Source of the DNA: the human T2T-CHM13v2.0 reference genome, Homo sapiens
Reading direction: 5' to 3' (one strand)
Assembly (NCBI RefSeq): GCF_009914755.1
Contig: NC_060937.1
DNA length: 64,000 bases
Shown: positions 1 through 13,580 of the stretch, piece after piece
How the letters are laid out: each line of letters opens with the position of its first letter
Numbering within the stretch: position 1 is the first letter of the stretch
Translations under genes and position numbers: made by a program
Notes under the pieces: generated by a model
What the model was told of the DNA's origin: nothing
The model's database searches: none
What the model saw: the letters and a program-made list of their open reading frames with translations, nothing else

Positions 1-994
1 TATAATCAGCCCTTATAAAAATGCAAAACTCACTCAGCAGGAACAGGAGTCTGGAACAAGAATATCATCAGCAGGAAACACAGCTCTGAGAAGAGTATTT
101 GATTCAACACAGGATTTGAAGTTGAAAACATACTTACCCACTTAAGAAAGAGCTGATGCATAACAAGAATATTTTCCCTGTGATCTCTTATTTTTCACTC
201 CTCTTTTCTCTGCCCTGGCTCTCTTTACACTTCTTTGATGATTTCCCCCTGGTTCTCACCCCTGTGTCTTATCTCTTATCCTCTCAAAAAGACTGAAATT
301 GGCAGGCTTACTGGGGAAGACATAATCTACCTTAGGTTGCCGTTTAAAAGCTGCAAAATTCCAGGGTTTAAATTGTATACAGAAAAGCAATCACACACAT
401 CAACTGGAAACCACCCCTCCCTGTAGTGAATAAACCAATGTAAACAGCAGGCTCCACTTACTTGATCGGCAAGGGCTGTGAAGGCAGAGGCGATGCTGAA
501 ATAGCCTGTTTTGTGTCCCTTGAAATGGTGCTTGCTCCTATATAGAAAAATATTTTATGTATATATTCTTTGGTGTAGAAGGTTAGAGAATTGTTAAGCG
601 CTTTCTCACCCTCAAAACAGTACTAATTGTTAAAGGATAGAGGAGCAAACTAAATGTCTGAAAGTTGCAGTGCTTTTTTTCACATCATGAGAGCTACTCA
701 ACCTAATTGGAAATATTGGACCTCATTGTAAATAGACCACATTGGGATAATCATTAACTTGATTTCAAAGTAATTCAGTAAATTATATAGTCCTTATTTA
801 TTATACAACTACATGAGTAGACTATATAATACAAACAAGTTTCTTTTCATGTCCTATTGTGTAACCAACAAAGAGCTACAGAGATTTTTTCCCAGATTTA
901 GAGGATCTGTTTGACATTATCTGCCTTAAAATACAGTATTTGAAATACAGATCCATGAGAATAGTGAAAATTATTAGTGTTCGCTTTAAGGAAG

Positions 995-1376
995 CATTTT
1001 TATTGAATTATAGTATGTACATGTTTATTTGATTGAAGTATAAAATATATGCAAAATAATGCACAAGTAAACTATAATTGGACAACTTCACGAGTATTTT
1101 ATGTAAACAGAAGGATCAAGAATTATATTTCCAAACATAACAGAAGCCCAGCTCCTCAGTTATTAAGGCTTCGGAGCTAGTTAATAAACTGATTTGTTAC
1201 CACACATTAGTTTTGGCTACATTTAACACGATGTAAGCTGAATTAGAGCAATTTGAGTGTGCTTTTGTGTTTCATTCACCTTTATCATTTGCATGATTCA
1301 TCCAATTGTTATGTATAGCATCAGTATATTAATTCTCATTTCTTTCTACAATTCATTGCAAGAATACACCACAACA
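995..1376 (-). mobile_element. Ancient L1M (L1MC/ME-like) 3' fragment, probably continuing at ~1727-2190 and ~4355-4975
   Basis: Degenerate antisense L1 3'UTR-like wording (ttgaagtataaaatatatgcaaaataatgcaca; ttcatccaattgttatgtatagc). Boundaries are approximate. Confidence 0.45.
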
Positions 1377-1739
<363 letters not shown>

Positions 1740-2193
1740 TTAATGGCCATTTGGTCTTTATTTCTGCTAATGGTTATGAGAAGCATATAGTAAGGTGGTT
1801 ATGAACGTATTTCTATATATCTTTATTTTCCTAATACTTTTTTCTGTTTAACTTTTGTAGCATCATAAGTTACATATTTATAGTAATGATTTTCAGGCTT
1901 TCTGTTATAGGTATTCAAGGCAAAAATTTTCCTCTAATAATTAATTAACAAATTTTAAAACACTGTATTTTCTTTATTATTCAATTCAAAATATTATCTC
2001 TTCCATTGTGGTTTCTTTGCCACTTAGATTATTTTGAAGTATGCTGCTTTACTCTAATCATTGATGATTTTTTATGTTGTTTGCCTGTTATTGATGAATA
2101 GGTTAATTCCACTGTGGATGGATAATTTCTAATCGATTACCATATTTTGTAATTTGCTGAGATTTACTTCCTATGCCCTGTCATGCTCATACT

Positions 2194-4347
2194 TTTTTTA
2201 AAAAGCAATTAGTGGGTACATAATAGACGTATACATTTATGGCATGCATGAGATACTTTGATACAGAAATACAACATGCAATAATAGCATTAGTGTAAAT
2301 GGGGAATCCATTCCCTCAAGCATTTATCCTTTCCTTGTGTTACAAACAATCCAATTATACTCTTTCAGTTTTAAAATGTATGATAAGTTATCGTTGACTA
2401 TAGTTGCCCTGTTGTGTTCTGAAATACTAGATCTTAATCATTGTATCTAACTACATTTTTGTGCCCATAAACCATACGCGTCCCTCCCACTCCCACCAAC
2501 TACCCTTCCCAGCATCTGGTAATCATCCTTCTACTTTATATCCATGAGTTCAATTGTTTTGATTTTTACATCCCACAAGTAAGTGAGAACATGTGAAGTT
2601 TGTCTTTCTGTGTCTGCTTTATTTCACTTAACATAATGACTTCCAGTTCCATCCATGTTTTTGCAAAAGACAGGATATCATTCTTTTTATGGCTGAATAG
2701 TAAGAAATGTACGTATGTACCACATTTTTTTTTATCCATTTGTCTGTTGATGGACATTTAGGTTGTTTCCAAACCTTGGCTGTTGTGAACAGTGCTGTAA
2801 TACACATGGGAGTATAGATCTCTCTTCCATATACTGATTTTCTTTCTTTTGGGTATGTACCTAACAGTGAGATTTCTGTATTATATAGTTGTTCTACTTT
2901 TAGTTTTTTTTGAAGACAATTGTTTTCTAAATTGTTTTCCATAGTGGTTGTACTAACTTTCTCACCAACAGTGTATGAAGTTCCCTTTTTCTCCATATTT
3001 CACCAGCATTTGTTATTTCCTGTAATTTGAGTGAAAGCCATTTTAACTGGGATGACATGATAGCTCATTGTAGTCTTGATTTGCATTTCTCTGATGATCA
3101 GTGATGTTGAGTACCTTTTCATATACCTGCATGCCACTGGTATGTCTTCCTTTGAGAAATGTCTATTCAGAACTTTTGCCTATTACTAAATTGGATTATT
3201 TGCCTATTTTTAATTGGAATTTTTCCTATTGAGTTCTGTGTGCTCCTTATATATTCTGGTTACTAATCTCTTGTCAGATGAATAGTTAGCAAATATTTTC
3301 TCCTGTTCTGTAGGTTGTCTCTTTACATTATTGATTGTCTCCTTTGCTGTGCAGAAGCTTTTAAACTTGGTGCATCCCACTTGTCTATTTTTGCTTAGGT
3401 TGCCTGTGTTTGTGGGGAATTTTTGTCCAGACCAATGTCCTGGAGAGTTTCCCAGTGTTTTGTTTTAGTAGTTTTATAGCTTGAGGTCTTAGATTTAAGT
3501 TTTAATCCATTTGATTTTATTGTTTTACATGACAAGAGATAGGGGTCTAGTTTAATTGTTCTTCATGTGGATATCCAGTTTTCCCAGCACCACTTATTAA
3601 AGAGATTGCCCTTTCCCCAATGTAGGTTTTTCTCACCTTTGTTGAAAATTAATTCCCCATAGATATCTGTATTTATTTCTGGGCTCTCTATTCTGTTCCA
3701 CTGGTCTACGTATCTGTTTTTATGCCAGTACCATGCTATTTTGATTACTAAGGCTCTGTAGTATAATTTGAGGTCAGATATTGTGATTGCTGCAGTTTTG
3801 TTCTTTTTACCTAGGATAGATTTGGCTATTCTGGGTCTTTTTTGCTTGCATATACATTTATTTTTTTTTTCTATTTCTGTGAAGTATGTCATTGCTATTT
3901 TGATAGGAATTGCATTGATCCTGTAGATTGCTTTTGGTCTTATGGACATTTTAACAATATTGATTCTTCCAATCCATGAACATGGAATACCTTTTCATTT
4001 TTTGGTATGTTCTTCAATTTCTTGCATCAATATTTTATAGTTTTTATTGTAGAGATCTTTTACATCTTTGGTTGTTAATTCCCGTATATTTAATTTTATT
4101 TGTAGCTATTGCAAATAGCTGTTTGCTGTTGGCATCAAGAAATTCTACTAATTTTTGTATGTTAATTTTGGACTCTGCAATTTTACTGAATTTGTTTATC
4201 AGTTCTAACAGTTTGTTGGTGTAGTCTTTAGTTGTTTTCAAATATAAGATTGTATCATCTACATAAAAGGATAATTTGAATTCTACATTTCCAACTGGGA
4301 TCCCCTTTATTTCTTTCTGTTATCTGATTGCTCTAGCTAGGACTTCC
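2194..4347 (-). mobile_element. 5'-truncated L1MA-type LINE-1 (ORF2 C-terminal part plus 3'UTR)
   Basis: ORFs 3563-3949 ([30 protein letters not shown]), 4044-4241 (KLLELINKFSK..KINIQK) and 2628-2996 are L1 ORF2p remnants. L1MA-like 3'UTR at 2200-2560. Candidate TSD ctcatact at 2186-2193 and 4347-4354. Confidence 0.93.
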
Positions 4348-4979
4348 TCATACTGATATTTATAAATCGTCTAGGTAAACTTGAAACAATGTATACTTTT
4401 TCATTTGTTGTAGTGTTGACTTTGTCTCAATCAGGAAAATTTATTGGTTGAATCTAACAGTTGTTATTAATTGAATCGTTCAGATCTATGTTTCCATTGA
4501 TCTTTTTGTCAGCTTGATCAATCAACGATTGACAGAGATACTTAAATTTTGCCAATGTGGTTGTAAATACATGTATTTCTATTTTTATTTTTGCTAAACT
4601 TTGTTTCATATATATTGAAGTTACCGGTACAATTTTCTAGTTGAATTACTTTTTTTTATCATTATGAAATATCCCTCTATGTTTCTAGCGTTGGTCAGTG
4701 TGCCACATATGATATTTAAAAAGATATTTCAGCTTTCTTTTCTTTAGTGTTTAATGATATTAATTACACTTTTTAGTTTTCTTCTATTCAAAGGTCTCCT
4801 TTATAAAATGTATATAATTAATCTCTTCAAAAAAATAACAGTATTTCATTTTTTTCAACATAACATTAGTAGTTTGGATTCAATCTTCCACCTTGCTATT
4901 TAGTATCTATTTTGTTTATCTCCTTCTTTTCTTTACTTTTGTTCCTCTTTATTCTTTATTTTCGTTGCCATTAATTTAA

Positions 4980-5945
4980 CTTTTTTGTATCACACTAATA
5001 AAATTGACTTTTTGGTATAGAGTTCTATACATTTTACACATCAATAGATTTGTGTAACGACTGCCACAGTTAGAATATAGAACAATTTTATTACTCCACA
5101 AACCACCCCCATGCCCCATGTCACCCTTTTATAGTAACACCCTTCCTCATCCCTAACCCCCAGCAATAACCACTGCTCTGTTCTCCATCACCCTGGTTTT
5201 ATCTTCTGGGGAAGATTGAGAATGTCACATATATGGAATCATACAAATTATAAACCTTTCCTACTGACATATTTTACGCTGTGTAATATCTTTATGATAC
5301 ATTTAAGTTATTGTGTGTATCAACCATTCATTCCTTATTATTGCTGAACAGTATTGCATTAAATGGATGACCACGTTTGTTTCTGATTTGTTTCCAGTTT
5401 GGTGAGATTATGAAGAAATGTTTCCTTTTAAATATTTTAGTATAGGTTGTTCATTAACATAAATTTGTGTTTCTCTAGGGTAAACAATCAGGAGTGGAAT
5501 TTTTAGATTAGACGGTAATTTTAATTATATATTTGATTTGTAAGGAAATGTCAAACTGTTTTAAGAGTAGTTGCACATTTTTATATTCATGCCAGCAATA
5601 CATTAGAAATTCAGTTGCACCACGTTGTTGCCATAATTTAGCATGGTCATTATTTTGATTTTAGCCATGCTAATAGATATGTAGTAGTATCTCCTGATTT
5701 TAATTTGCATATGTCGTATGACTAATGTTGAAAAATCTTTTATGTACTTATTTACTATACATGTACCTTCTTTAGTGAAGCTTCTGTTTCTTTTGCCCAT
5801 TTTCAGTTTTGTTGTTTTTCCTCTTACTGCAGAAACTGGAATATTCTTTATATACAGTATGCGTTCCATTTCTTGTTACAACTTGATCTAAAATATTTTT
5901 CTCCTATTCTGAGTCTTATCTTTTCATTTTCATAATAAACAAGAA
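4980..5945 (-). mobile_element. Old L1M (L1MC/MD-like) 3' fragment
   Basis: Antisense L1 3'UTR and ORF2-end motifs (ggaatcatacaaat, tttagccatgctaatag, taatttgcat..gactaatgttgaa). Confidence 0.7.
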
Positions 5946-6439
5946 TTTATGAAAGCTACTTATCTATTGAGGTTTGTTTTTTTAGTTCTTTGTTTTGGTT
6001 TTTCTCCAGCTGGATGCCATACCCTTAAAAATTCAGCAATTGACTTTAGGGAAAAAAAATCATTGAATATGGAAATCTATGGAAATCTATTTTCAATTAT
6101 TCTGTGGTATATTCTTTGTTATGCTGATTCTCTATCTCCCTCTGTATTTTTTATTTATCTGTGTGTGTATGCATACAAATAAGTTTCTAATATCAGTGTG
6201 TGGAAGATAAAATTTTGAATCTTGATTTGAAAATATTTTTACTTTCTCATTGAATTGATATATAAACTGGGTATAGATCTTGAGCTTGAAAGTCAAGTTC
6301 ACCAGGAACTCTAGGGTCATTTTAAATTGTTTTCTAGTTCCTAGTGTTCTTGCTCTTATTCTTATTATTGAATAAGAATTAACATTGCATTTGGCAATAA
6401 AAATATCAGGATCTCTACCATTTGTTGCTAAAATTATAC

Positions 6440-6858
6440 TATGCTAGTTGCAACGTAAGTGCTCTAGAAAGCAGACTATAACAGCAGAATTTGTTTGCAT
6501 AAAGTATATTGAGGAATGCTTTCTGGATTAACACATTGTGGGGAGCAAAAGAAAGCGAAAAAAATGGAAAAATATTATCTTCAAGGCAATTAGACCTGCA
6601 CAGTGTTTCCCAATTGTGACAAGAGGAAAAATTCTTTATAACTTCTATATTGACCAGCATTAAGTGAGTGCTGTCTCCAGGAAGCGGGGTGGGGTGGAGG
6701 TAGTGGACATTTCAGTAAGGTGGCCCCCTTTGGCCAAAGGTAATTGCCAGATATTGGAATTCTACAAGCTGTGAGCTGTCAAGGCACATAGCGACTGGGA
6801 GAAATGTCCAATTCAGTCTTGAAGAGATTGCTGACCTGGGCAGTGCCCCATTACATAC
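6440..6858. mobile_element. Old ERVL-type LTR remnant (LTR33/LTR41-like)
   Basis: ctctagaaagcagact..gtttgcataaagtatattgaggaatgctttctggattaacac resembles recalled ERVL LTR consensus. Heavily diverged. Confidence 0.4.
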
Positions 6859-8354
6859 CTTATTTTATGTCTATTTTCTTTCAATATACTGGAAACTCAG
6901 TGTATCAGTTTAGTTCTGAAACTCATGTCTTCACCTGAGAAAAATATTTTTAATTGACTTATCTGAATGATATATTACTCTGAATTTTCTGTTCTCTATT
7001 TTGGAAACTTTCTGAATAAATTCTCCACTTTTCTTTTGTATACCCTTCTAGCTTTTTTGATATTTTGGTCTAGTTTCTAGGAGAAAGAAATTTTCTGGAC
7101 TTCCTTTTGACCCTCATTTTAATCATTTTTTTTCCATCATCCAAATGGCATTCTAGCATTGCTTTAAAAAAATAACAAAAATAGGCATATGCTCTTGTTT
7201 TGTAAATGAACCTTCTTTCATATCTCTGGTATACTGATAAAATTGTTAAAGGTGTTTTTGGATTGTTTGTTTTGTTGGCTTCCTGAATGGTCTATGTTTA
7301 TGCCAAATTTCTGTTTCATTTATTTTGGTCTCTTTTTCATGTGTTAATCTTTACTCTAACATTCGGTGTTTCTCTGCTGCCAGCAGACATTCAAGGAAAT
7401 TCATTAAAAAGAAACTGGAGTGTATTGCATAATATTGAGAATTACAGAGTGGTGTGACTCAGCAAAATGACTGGGCAGAAAGTTGCTTTCGTTAAGGAAA
7501 TTCCCAAATGACAATAGATATAGGTCTTTTTTCATGGGCAATTCTGATTCTCTGAGGGAGGTGAGTGAGGGGAATGCCAATTTGTTTATTCCCAAATATG
7601 TGTACATGCATAAATGCTCATGTAAACTCAACTGCCAGAATTCCAGATTGCAGTGGAATACAGAATGAGATGGAGGATTTCCATGAAGCAACATGCTTTC
7701 TCTGCTGCATACACTGTATGTAGGTGGAAGGCTCTTGTTTAAGTTGCTCATGATACATACTCTTTTATCTCCAGCATAAGGTTGGAGAAGGAACATGAGG
7801 ATCCAAGCTGCTCATCGTACAGCATTAACTCTATTCCCTTCCAAACTTTAAAATCATGATTTATGCTTCTTTCGGCTTCCTAGCCATGAAACTTATAGGG
7901 TTCTAGATTTTGTGGGGTGATTTGCTTCCCTTCCTTATTTTCATCCTTCAAAAAGTGGTCAGTATCACTAGTCAATCATTGTTTTTTCTTCACTGTGTCT
8001 CTATATGTCCTTGTACATATTTTTTCCTATCCCTTAATACAACTTTAGTGGGTTTCCAGAAGGTATGAAAATACACACATGGGTTCAGATGTTTAACATG
8101 AAACTTTATTACTATTTTACAAAGCTCTACTGGTAATTTTTATGCACCTCTATACCATTATTAGTGTTTTCTCTAAATCTCACATACACACATTTTTAAT
8201 ATGTTGACTGATGAAGATCCTGTGTAGCAGTGTTAGTTTCTCTTGAAGGTGAGGAACTAAGTATCATCAGATTATCAGGATTTGGAAAGGGTGATATCTG
8301 GAGAATTATTTATGTGAAACTTGAACAAAATTTGAAAGTGTGTTACATTGCTAT

Positions 8355-8734
8355 TGATATGATTTGGATGTGTGTTCCTGCCCAAATCTCATGTTGAATT
8401 GTAATCCCCAGTGTTGGAGGAGGGGCCTGGTGAGGGGTGATTTGATCATGGGGGTGGACTTTGCCCTTGCTGCTCTCATGATAGTAAATGAGTTTTCAGG
8501 AGATCTGGTTGTTTAAAAATGTGTAACATCTCCGCCTTCTCTCTCTGTCCTGCTGTGGCCATGTGAAGATGTGACTGCTTCCCCTTCACCTTCCACCATG
8601 ATTGTAAGTTTCCTGAGGTCTCTCCACCCATGCTTCCTGTAACTGTGGCACAAAGAGTCAATTACACCTCTTTTCTTTATAAATTACTTAGTTTCAGGTA
8701 TTTATTTATAGCAGTATGAGAATGGATTAATATA
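8355..8734 (+). mobile_element. MSTA solo LTR (ERVL-MaLR)
   Basis: Starts tgatatgatttggatgtgtgttcctgcccaaatctcatgttgaattgtaatcccc and ends ggattaatata. Perfect 5-bp TSD gctat at 8350-8354 and 8735-8739. Confidence 0.92.
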
Positions 8735-10254
8735 GCTATGGTTTAAATACTTAAAACTAGAATTTTATTTTTTAATACGTTAGTATTACAATTCATTATT
8801 CTTCTTGAGGTGAGAATCATATGGGAAATTATAATAGAAATACTCTTCTGAATGACTCTATAAGTGGAATTTATTCAGTAGAGCCAATTTCCATTTAAAG
8901 ACTTCTATTTGCTTGCTCTATTATAAAGGTACATTTGCTGACATTGTGAATTGAAATATATATACACACATATAGATATATATATATATACCATTTGAAA
9001 TGTCAATGGTATAATATTTGAAATGTTATCAAATTGTAAAATTTTGTTATAAAATTGGATGCTGATGGTATTAAGCATGATCAACAAAGTTCAATTATTA
9101 AAAAGTATTTTCTCCATAAATAAAAAATATAATTACTTACAATGTTTTTCATTCCTGTGTGCTTGTCATTTTATTCAGTCTATATAAACAGTGACAGAAT
9201 CACATAAAATATATTTAATATATGTAATAATATACTTAATATAATCTGAAATATTTTAGAAGCAAATTATTAAAATATTTATAAATGATGAGATGACTGA
9301 ATTATCTGCCATTTTATGTCTTTAAAATGATATTGTCATTTGTACCCTGATTAATGTGACCAGGAAAAATGCATTTCAATTTTTTGTCATGTGTCTTCTG
9401 TCGCAACTTAGGTAAATTTAGCCAAAGAGTCGCAATGACTAACCTGTATACGTAATCCAAATAGTACATTTTCTGGTTTTATAAATACAAAAACACAGCT
9501 TAACACAGTTAAAAAAAATCAATGTGCATATTTTTTGTTCTGTAAATATTTAGAAAAACTAAGTAAATAATAAGATGAAAGGAAAAGGTTTGTAAGATAT
9601 AATTGAAACTCCCTGGTGCTACTTGGAGCATTTTTTAAAAACAGTTATTAAATAAATGAATCCTGGAAGAGGAATAATCTTAACCTGGATCAGAGTGCAT
9701 GAATTTGTTCTTGTTGCCTCATTCCAACATTAATCAATGCCTAAAGGTTTGCTGGTACAGCTTTTAACAAACTAATTTCTGACAAAAAAAAAGATCTAGA
9801 AAGTATAAAAACATGTTTAAAAATATGTATATCTATTTGAGGGTTTAGAGATATGTTAAGATAGTCAGAACATTAGAGGCCAAGATTATGTAGAGAAAAG
9901 ACACAGGAGAGAGCATCTCAGTTGGGTTTTCACTCAGGACATTTAGTTTTTCTTGGTGTAAATAAAAGTAGTGAGCTGTTATCAAGGGTCAAAGCAGTCA
10001 ATAAAGCTTTAGTACATGTCATGAGGTTGGGGAGACAAACAATTAGAAATGAGGGTAATCAAAGAAGACAGAGGGGCCAAAAATATGGAGAGAAGGAAAG
10101 TATTTAGATATCGATATTTTCTGAGCCACATACAAAACACCAAAAATCAAAATATGGTAAAATTTCTTAACATCACAAGCTAGAAGATAACTCAAATGTA
10201 CTAAAATTATTGGTGAAAATGATTTTTATGTTAGTAATCTATGCTAAGTATAAA

Positions 10255-10947
10255 GAGTAGTAGCCTTTATCCACAGTTTCCATTTCTGCGGTTTCAGTTT
10301 CCCTTGGTCAACTGTGGTCTGAAAATATTAAATGAAAAAATCCAGAAATAAACAATTCATACATTTTAAATTGCCTGTTGTTTTGAATAGCATGATAAAT
10401 CCCACATCGTTTTGCTTCATTTCACCCAGGATAGGAATCATCCCTTTGTCCAGTGTATTAACCCTGTTAGTCATTGAGTGGCCATGTTGGTTCTCAGATT
10501 GTTACAGTATGCAGTGCTGTTGTTCAGGTGACCTTTATTTTACTCAATAATGGCTTACAGGAGCAAGAGTAGTGATGCTGGCAATTCAGATCTGCCAAAG
10601 AGAAGCCATCAAGTTCTTATTTTAACTGAAAAGGGGAAAGTTCTCTACTTAAGAAAGAAAAAAAATATGCTGCGTTTGCCAAGATCTACAGTAAGAATGA
10701 AACTTCTATCCGTTATTTGTGAAGAAAAGAAAAAGAAATTCATGCCAGTTTTTCTATCATACCTCAAACTGCAAAAATTATGGCTGTGGTGTATGATAAG
10801 TGCTTAGTTAAGATGGAAAAGACATTAAATTTCTGCATGGAAGACATAAACAGAAGCATGTTCCCACTGATGAAAATCAATTTGTAGTTTCAGGCCTCCA
10901 CTGGGGGTTTTGGAATGTATTCATTTCACATACAGCAGGGACTACTG
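10255..10947 (+). mobile_element. MER44 (long form; Tigger7-derived DNA transposon)
   Basis: ttatccacagtttccatttctgcggtttcagtt..ggtcaactgtggtctgaaaatattaaatg at the start. Terminal gggactactg followed by TA. Confidence 0.85.
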
Positions 10948-12107
10948 TATAATAAGTGTAAGAGGAGAATGAAAATATTGTTGAATTAGCATGCAAAAAC
11001 TGTGCCTTGCAGAAACCCTTAGTTAGGAAGTTATTGCAGATATTATATTCACATGTATTCAAGAAAGATAAATAAGTGATCAATAAAACAGAGAATAGGT
11101 CAATGAAAAGCAGGAAAATGAAATCCCAGAACAAGTTTTGCATAAAAGAATAAGAGGGGAAACAATCTGCAGGACAGGGAAACTGAAAGGCTCCATAGCA
11201 TATTCTCATTGGAGAATCACACAACTAACGTGTGCGAATATGAAAATATTTTTATTACCTTATGATTAAATGTTGGTGCATTTGGGAAAATTAGTAATAA
11301 TTAAATGAAAAAGTAGAAAAAATGTAAACCTAATCATTATTAACCTCAGGAAAAGCAAACATTACTCATGAAGGCTCTCAGGTCATAGTTGACTACTCAA
11401 CCTAAATAATGTGAAGTCTAATTATTTAATAAAATATTTTTGGGGGAGGGGATAGGGAGGGAGTAGAGAGTAGGGATTTCAGAAGTAAATTTTCAACTTT
11501 CATTGGAGACGTTCCTTAGAAAATAATCTAAAATTTATAAACTAATAAATGGTTTTGCAAGTTTATATATTTATAAATAAAGAAGAGTTTAATTTGCCTC
11601 TGGCAAATGTTTGAATGATATGAGGGAGGAGTAGACGGGAATCAAATTTTTATTAATGCCTTTAGTTATATTTGGTATCTTATCTATATATGTAAATTGA
11701 GAAAAACTTGATTTTTAACCTAAATTTAAAATTCAAGAACATGTATTATTTTACTACCCTCCAACACTTTGCTTTTAAAATTTGCATACTACTCCATAAG
11801 ATTAATTTGGTTTTATTGGTGAATACTTTAACTGTACAAAGAAAAGATGCCTTTCCAAAGATCACACCTTCTGTTTCTAAGGGTCTTATTGTAACAATTA
11901 GGAATATAGTTAGAAATAAATAATATGGTAAATTTCCTATTATATGTATTTTGTCATGATAAAAAAAGCAAACAAGAATATAATTAGAAAAAAACTAACA
12001 AAAATATACAAGTGGTTTTATATATATCCATATATATATATTTCACTCGCGTGCATGTGAAGAGACCACCAAACAGCCTTTGTGTGAGCAACAAGGCTGT
12101 TTATTTC

Positions 12108-12224
12108 TTTTCTTTTTTTTTTTTATTATTATACTTTAAGTTTTAGGGTACATGTGCACAATGTGCAGGTTAGTTACATATGTATACATGTGACATGCTG
12201 GTGCACTGCACGCACTAACTCATC
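12108..12224 (-). mobile_element. Young L1PA (L1PA2-like) extreme 3' end, 117 bp
   Basis: ttattatactttaagttttagggtacatgtgcacaatgtgcaggttagttacatatgtatacatg is the primate L1 3' end in antisense. 8-bp TSD tttatttc at 12100-12107 and 12225-12232. Has the non-Ta (GAG-type) diagnostic. Confidence 0.93.
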
Positions 12225-12283
12225 TTTATTTCACCTGGGTGCAGGCGTGCTGAGTCCGAAAAGAGAGTCAGTGAAGGGAGACA

Positions 12284-12302
12284 GGGGTGGGGCCGTTTTA
12301 TA
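12284..12302 (-). promoter_or_regulatory. LTR7 core promoter: TATA box and GC/KLF-type box
   Basis: ttttata at 12296-12302 reads TATAAAA on the minus strand. ggggtggggc at 12284-12293. Activity is not demonstrated. Confidence 0.5.
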
Positions 12303-13542
12303 AGATTTGGGTAGGTAAAGGAAAATTACAGTCAAAGGGGAGTTATTCTCTGGCTGGCAGGAGTGGGGGTCACAAGGTGCTTAGTGGAGGAGCTTCTTTG
12401 AGCCAGGATGAGCCAGGAAAAGGAATTTCACAAGGTAATGTCATCAGTTAAGGCCAGGAGAGGACATTTTCACTTCTTTTGTGGTGGAATGTCATCAGTT
12501 AAGGCAGGAACAGGCCATTTTCACTTCTTTTGTGATTCTTCAGTTACTTCAGGCCATCTGGGCGTATACGTGCAGGTCACAGGGGATGCGATGGCTTAGC
12601 TTAGGCTCAGAGGCCTGACTATATATATATATATATGGATAGATATATATACCCTTTGAACTTATTTTCACAGGTGAATATTTTTTATCCAAATCAGAAC
12701 AAGGAAGTATTGTTTGACTTTGGATTGAGTATTCACCAAAAAGTATATATCTTTATACACTGTCTATCTCTAAATCTAGTGCCAAATAAAAGCGGCAATA
12801 TTAATCTGCTTAAGTAATTCAACTATCAGATACTTAGGGACTATGCAGTGGCCTTACCAGTAATTAAAAATCAGTGTTTTCATTGGGTAGATAGAACGCA
12901 CACGCACATATATACACACAGAAACATATATACATACACATAAATTAATAATATATAGACACTGAAATTGGGGACAGAGATAAAAAAAACATTTTTTTAA
13001 ACCATTGCCTCTGTAATACAGATTATTCAGAAAATGTGATCATTCTAATGTCTTCAAATATGAATGCATTTGGAAGGTTGCTTGCTAGAAACACAGCTGG
13101 AAAACTGGAAAGAAAGCACTCCCTTGTTACTTCAGTTATCCTATGTGGCAAGAGAAGAAAGGGTCAGTTTCACAAAATGTGACTGATTTATTTTGTCCCA
13201 CCTTAGAGCTATCTACAATCAGCAGGGAAAAGCAGGGGTTGAAAGGTGACACTATCATACAAAACTTCCTAACATAATCTTTTCTGACTTCAAAATAAAA
13301 ACATATAACTTCATATTTCAAAGCAATATTTCTTTCTTTTTCCATCCCCACTAAAAGTCGCTGCTGTTTCACCAATTAATGAAGCAAATAAGTTATTATC
13401 TGACTGACTACAGGCAGAGAATCTCGGCAGTTATTGACCACTGTGCCCTACGAGATGACAACGGCCTCTGTGTTATTAGAGAAAATTAGAGGTAGGAAGC
13501 ATCTTGAAACACTCCCTGCTGAACTTTGGACTTCAGAAGTTA

Positions 13543-13580
13543 TAATGCTTCCACTCTGTTTTAATGCTTCCACTCTGTTT
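13543..13580. repeat. Perfect 19-bp tandem duplication
   Basis: taatgcttccactctgttt occurs twice in tandem. Confidence 0.9.

Larger units (their letters stand above)
12041..12619 (-). mobile_element. Solo LTR7-family (HERV-H) LTR, interrupted by an L1 fragment
   Basis: The reverse complement begins GTCAGGCCTCTGAGCCTAAGCTAAGCCATCGCATCCCCTGTGACCTGCACGTATACGCCCAGATGGCCTGAAG and ends GGTGGTCTCTTCACATGCACGCGAGTGAAA. The internal ~50-bp U3 duplication is present. Flanked by (TA)n. Confidence 0.95.

Noticed and set aside
421-461. Apparent minus-strand intron between the donor at 461 and an acceptor at 421
   Set aside because: Only 41 nt, below the practical minimum for human introns.
2566-4241. 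ORFs with clear protein similarity
   Set aside because: Frameshifted, stop-riddled L1 ORF2p remnants, not a host gene.
12436-12535. ~50-bp direct repeat inside LTR7
   Set aside because: A standard U3 feature of HERV-H LTRs.
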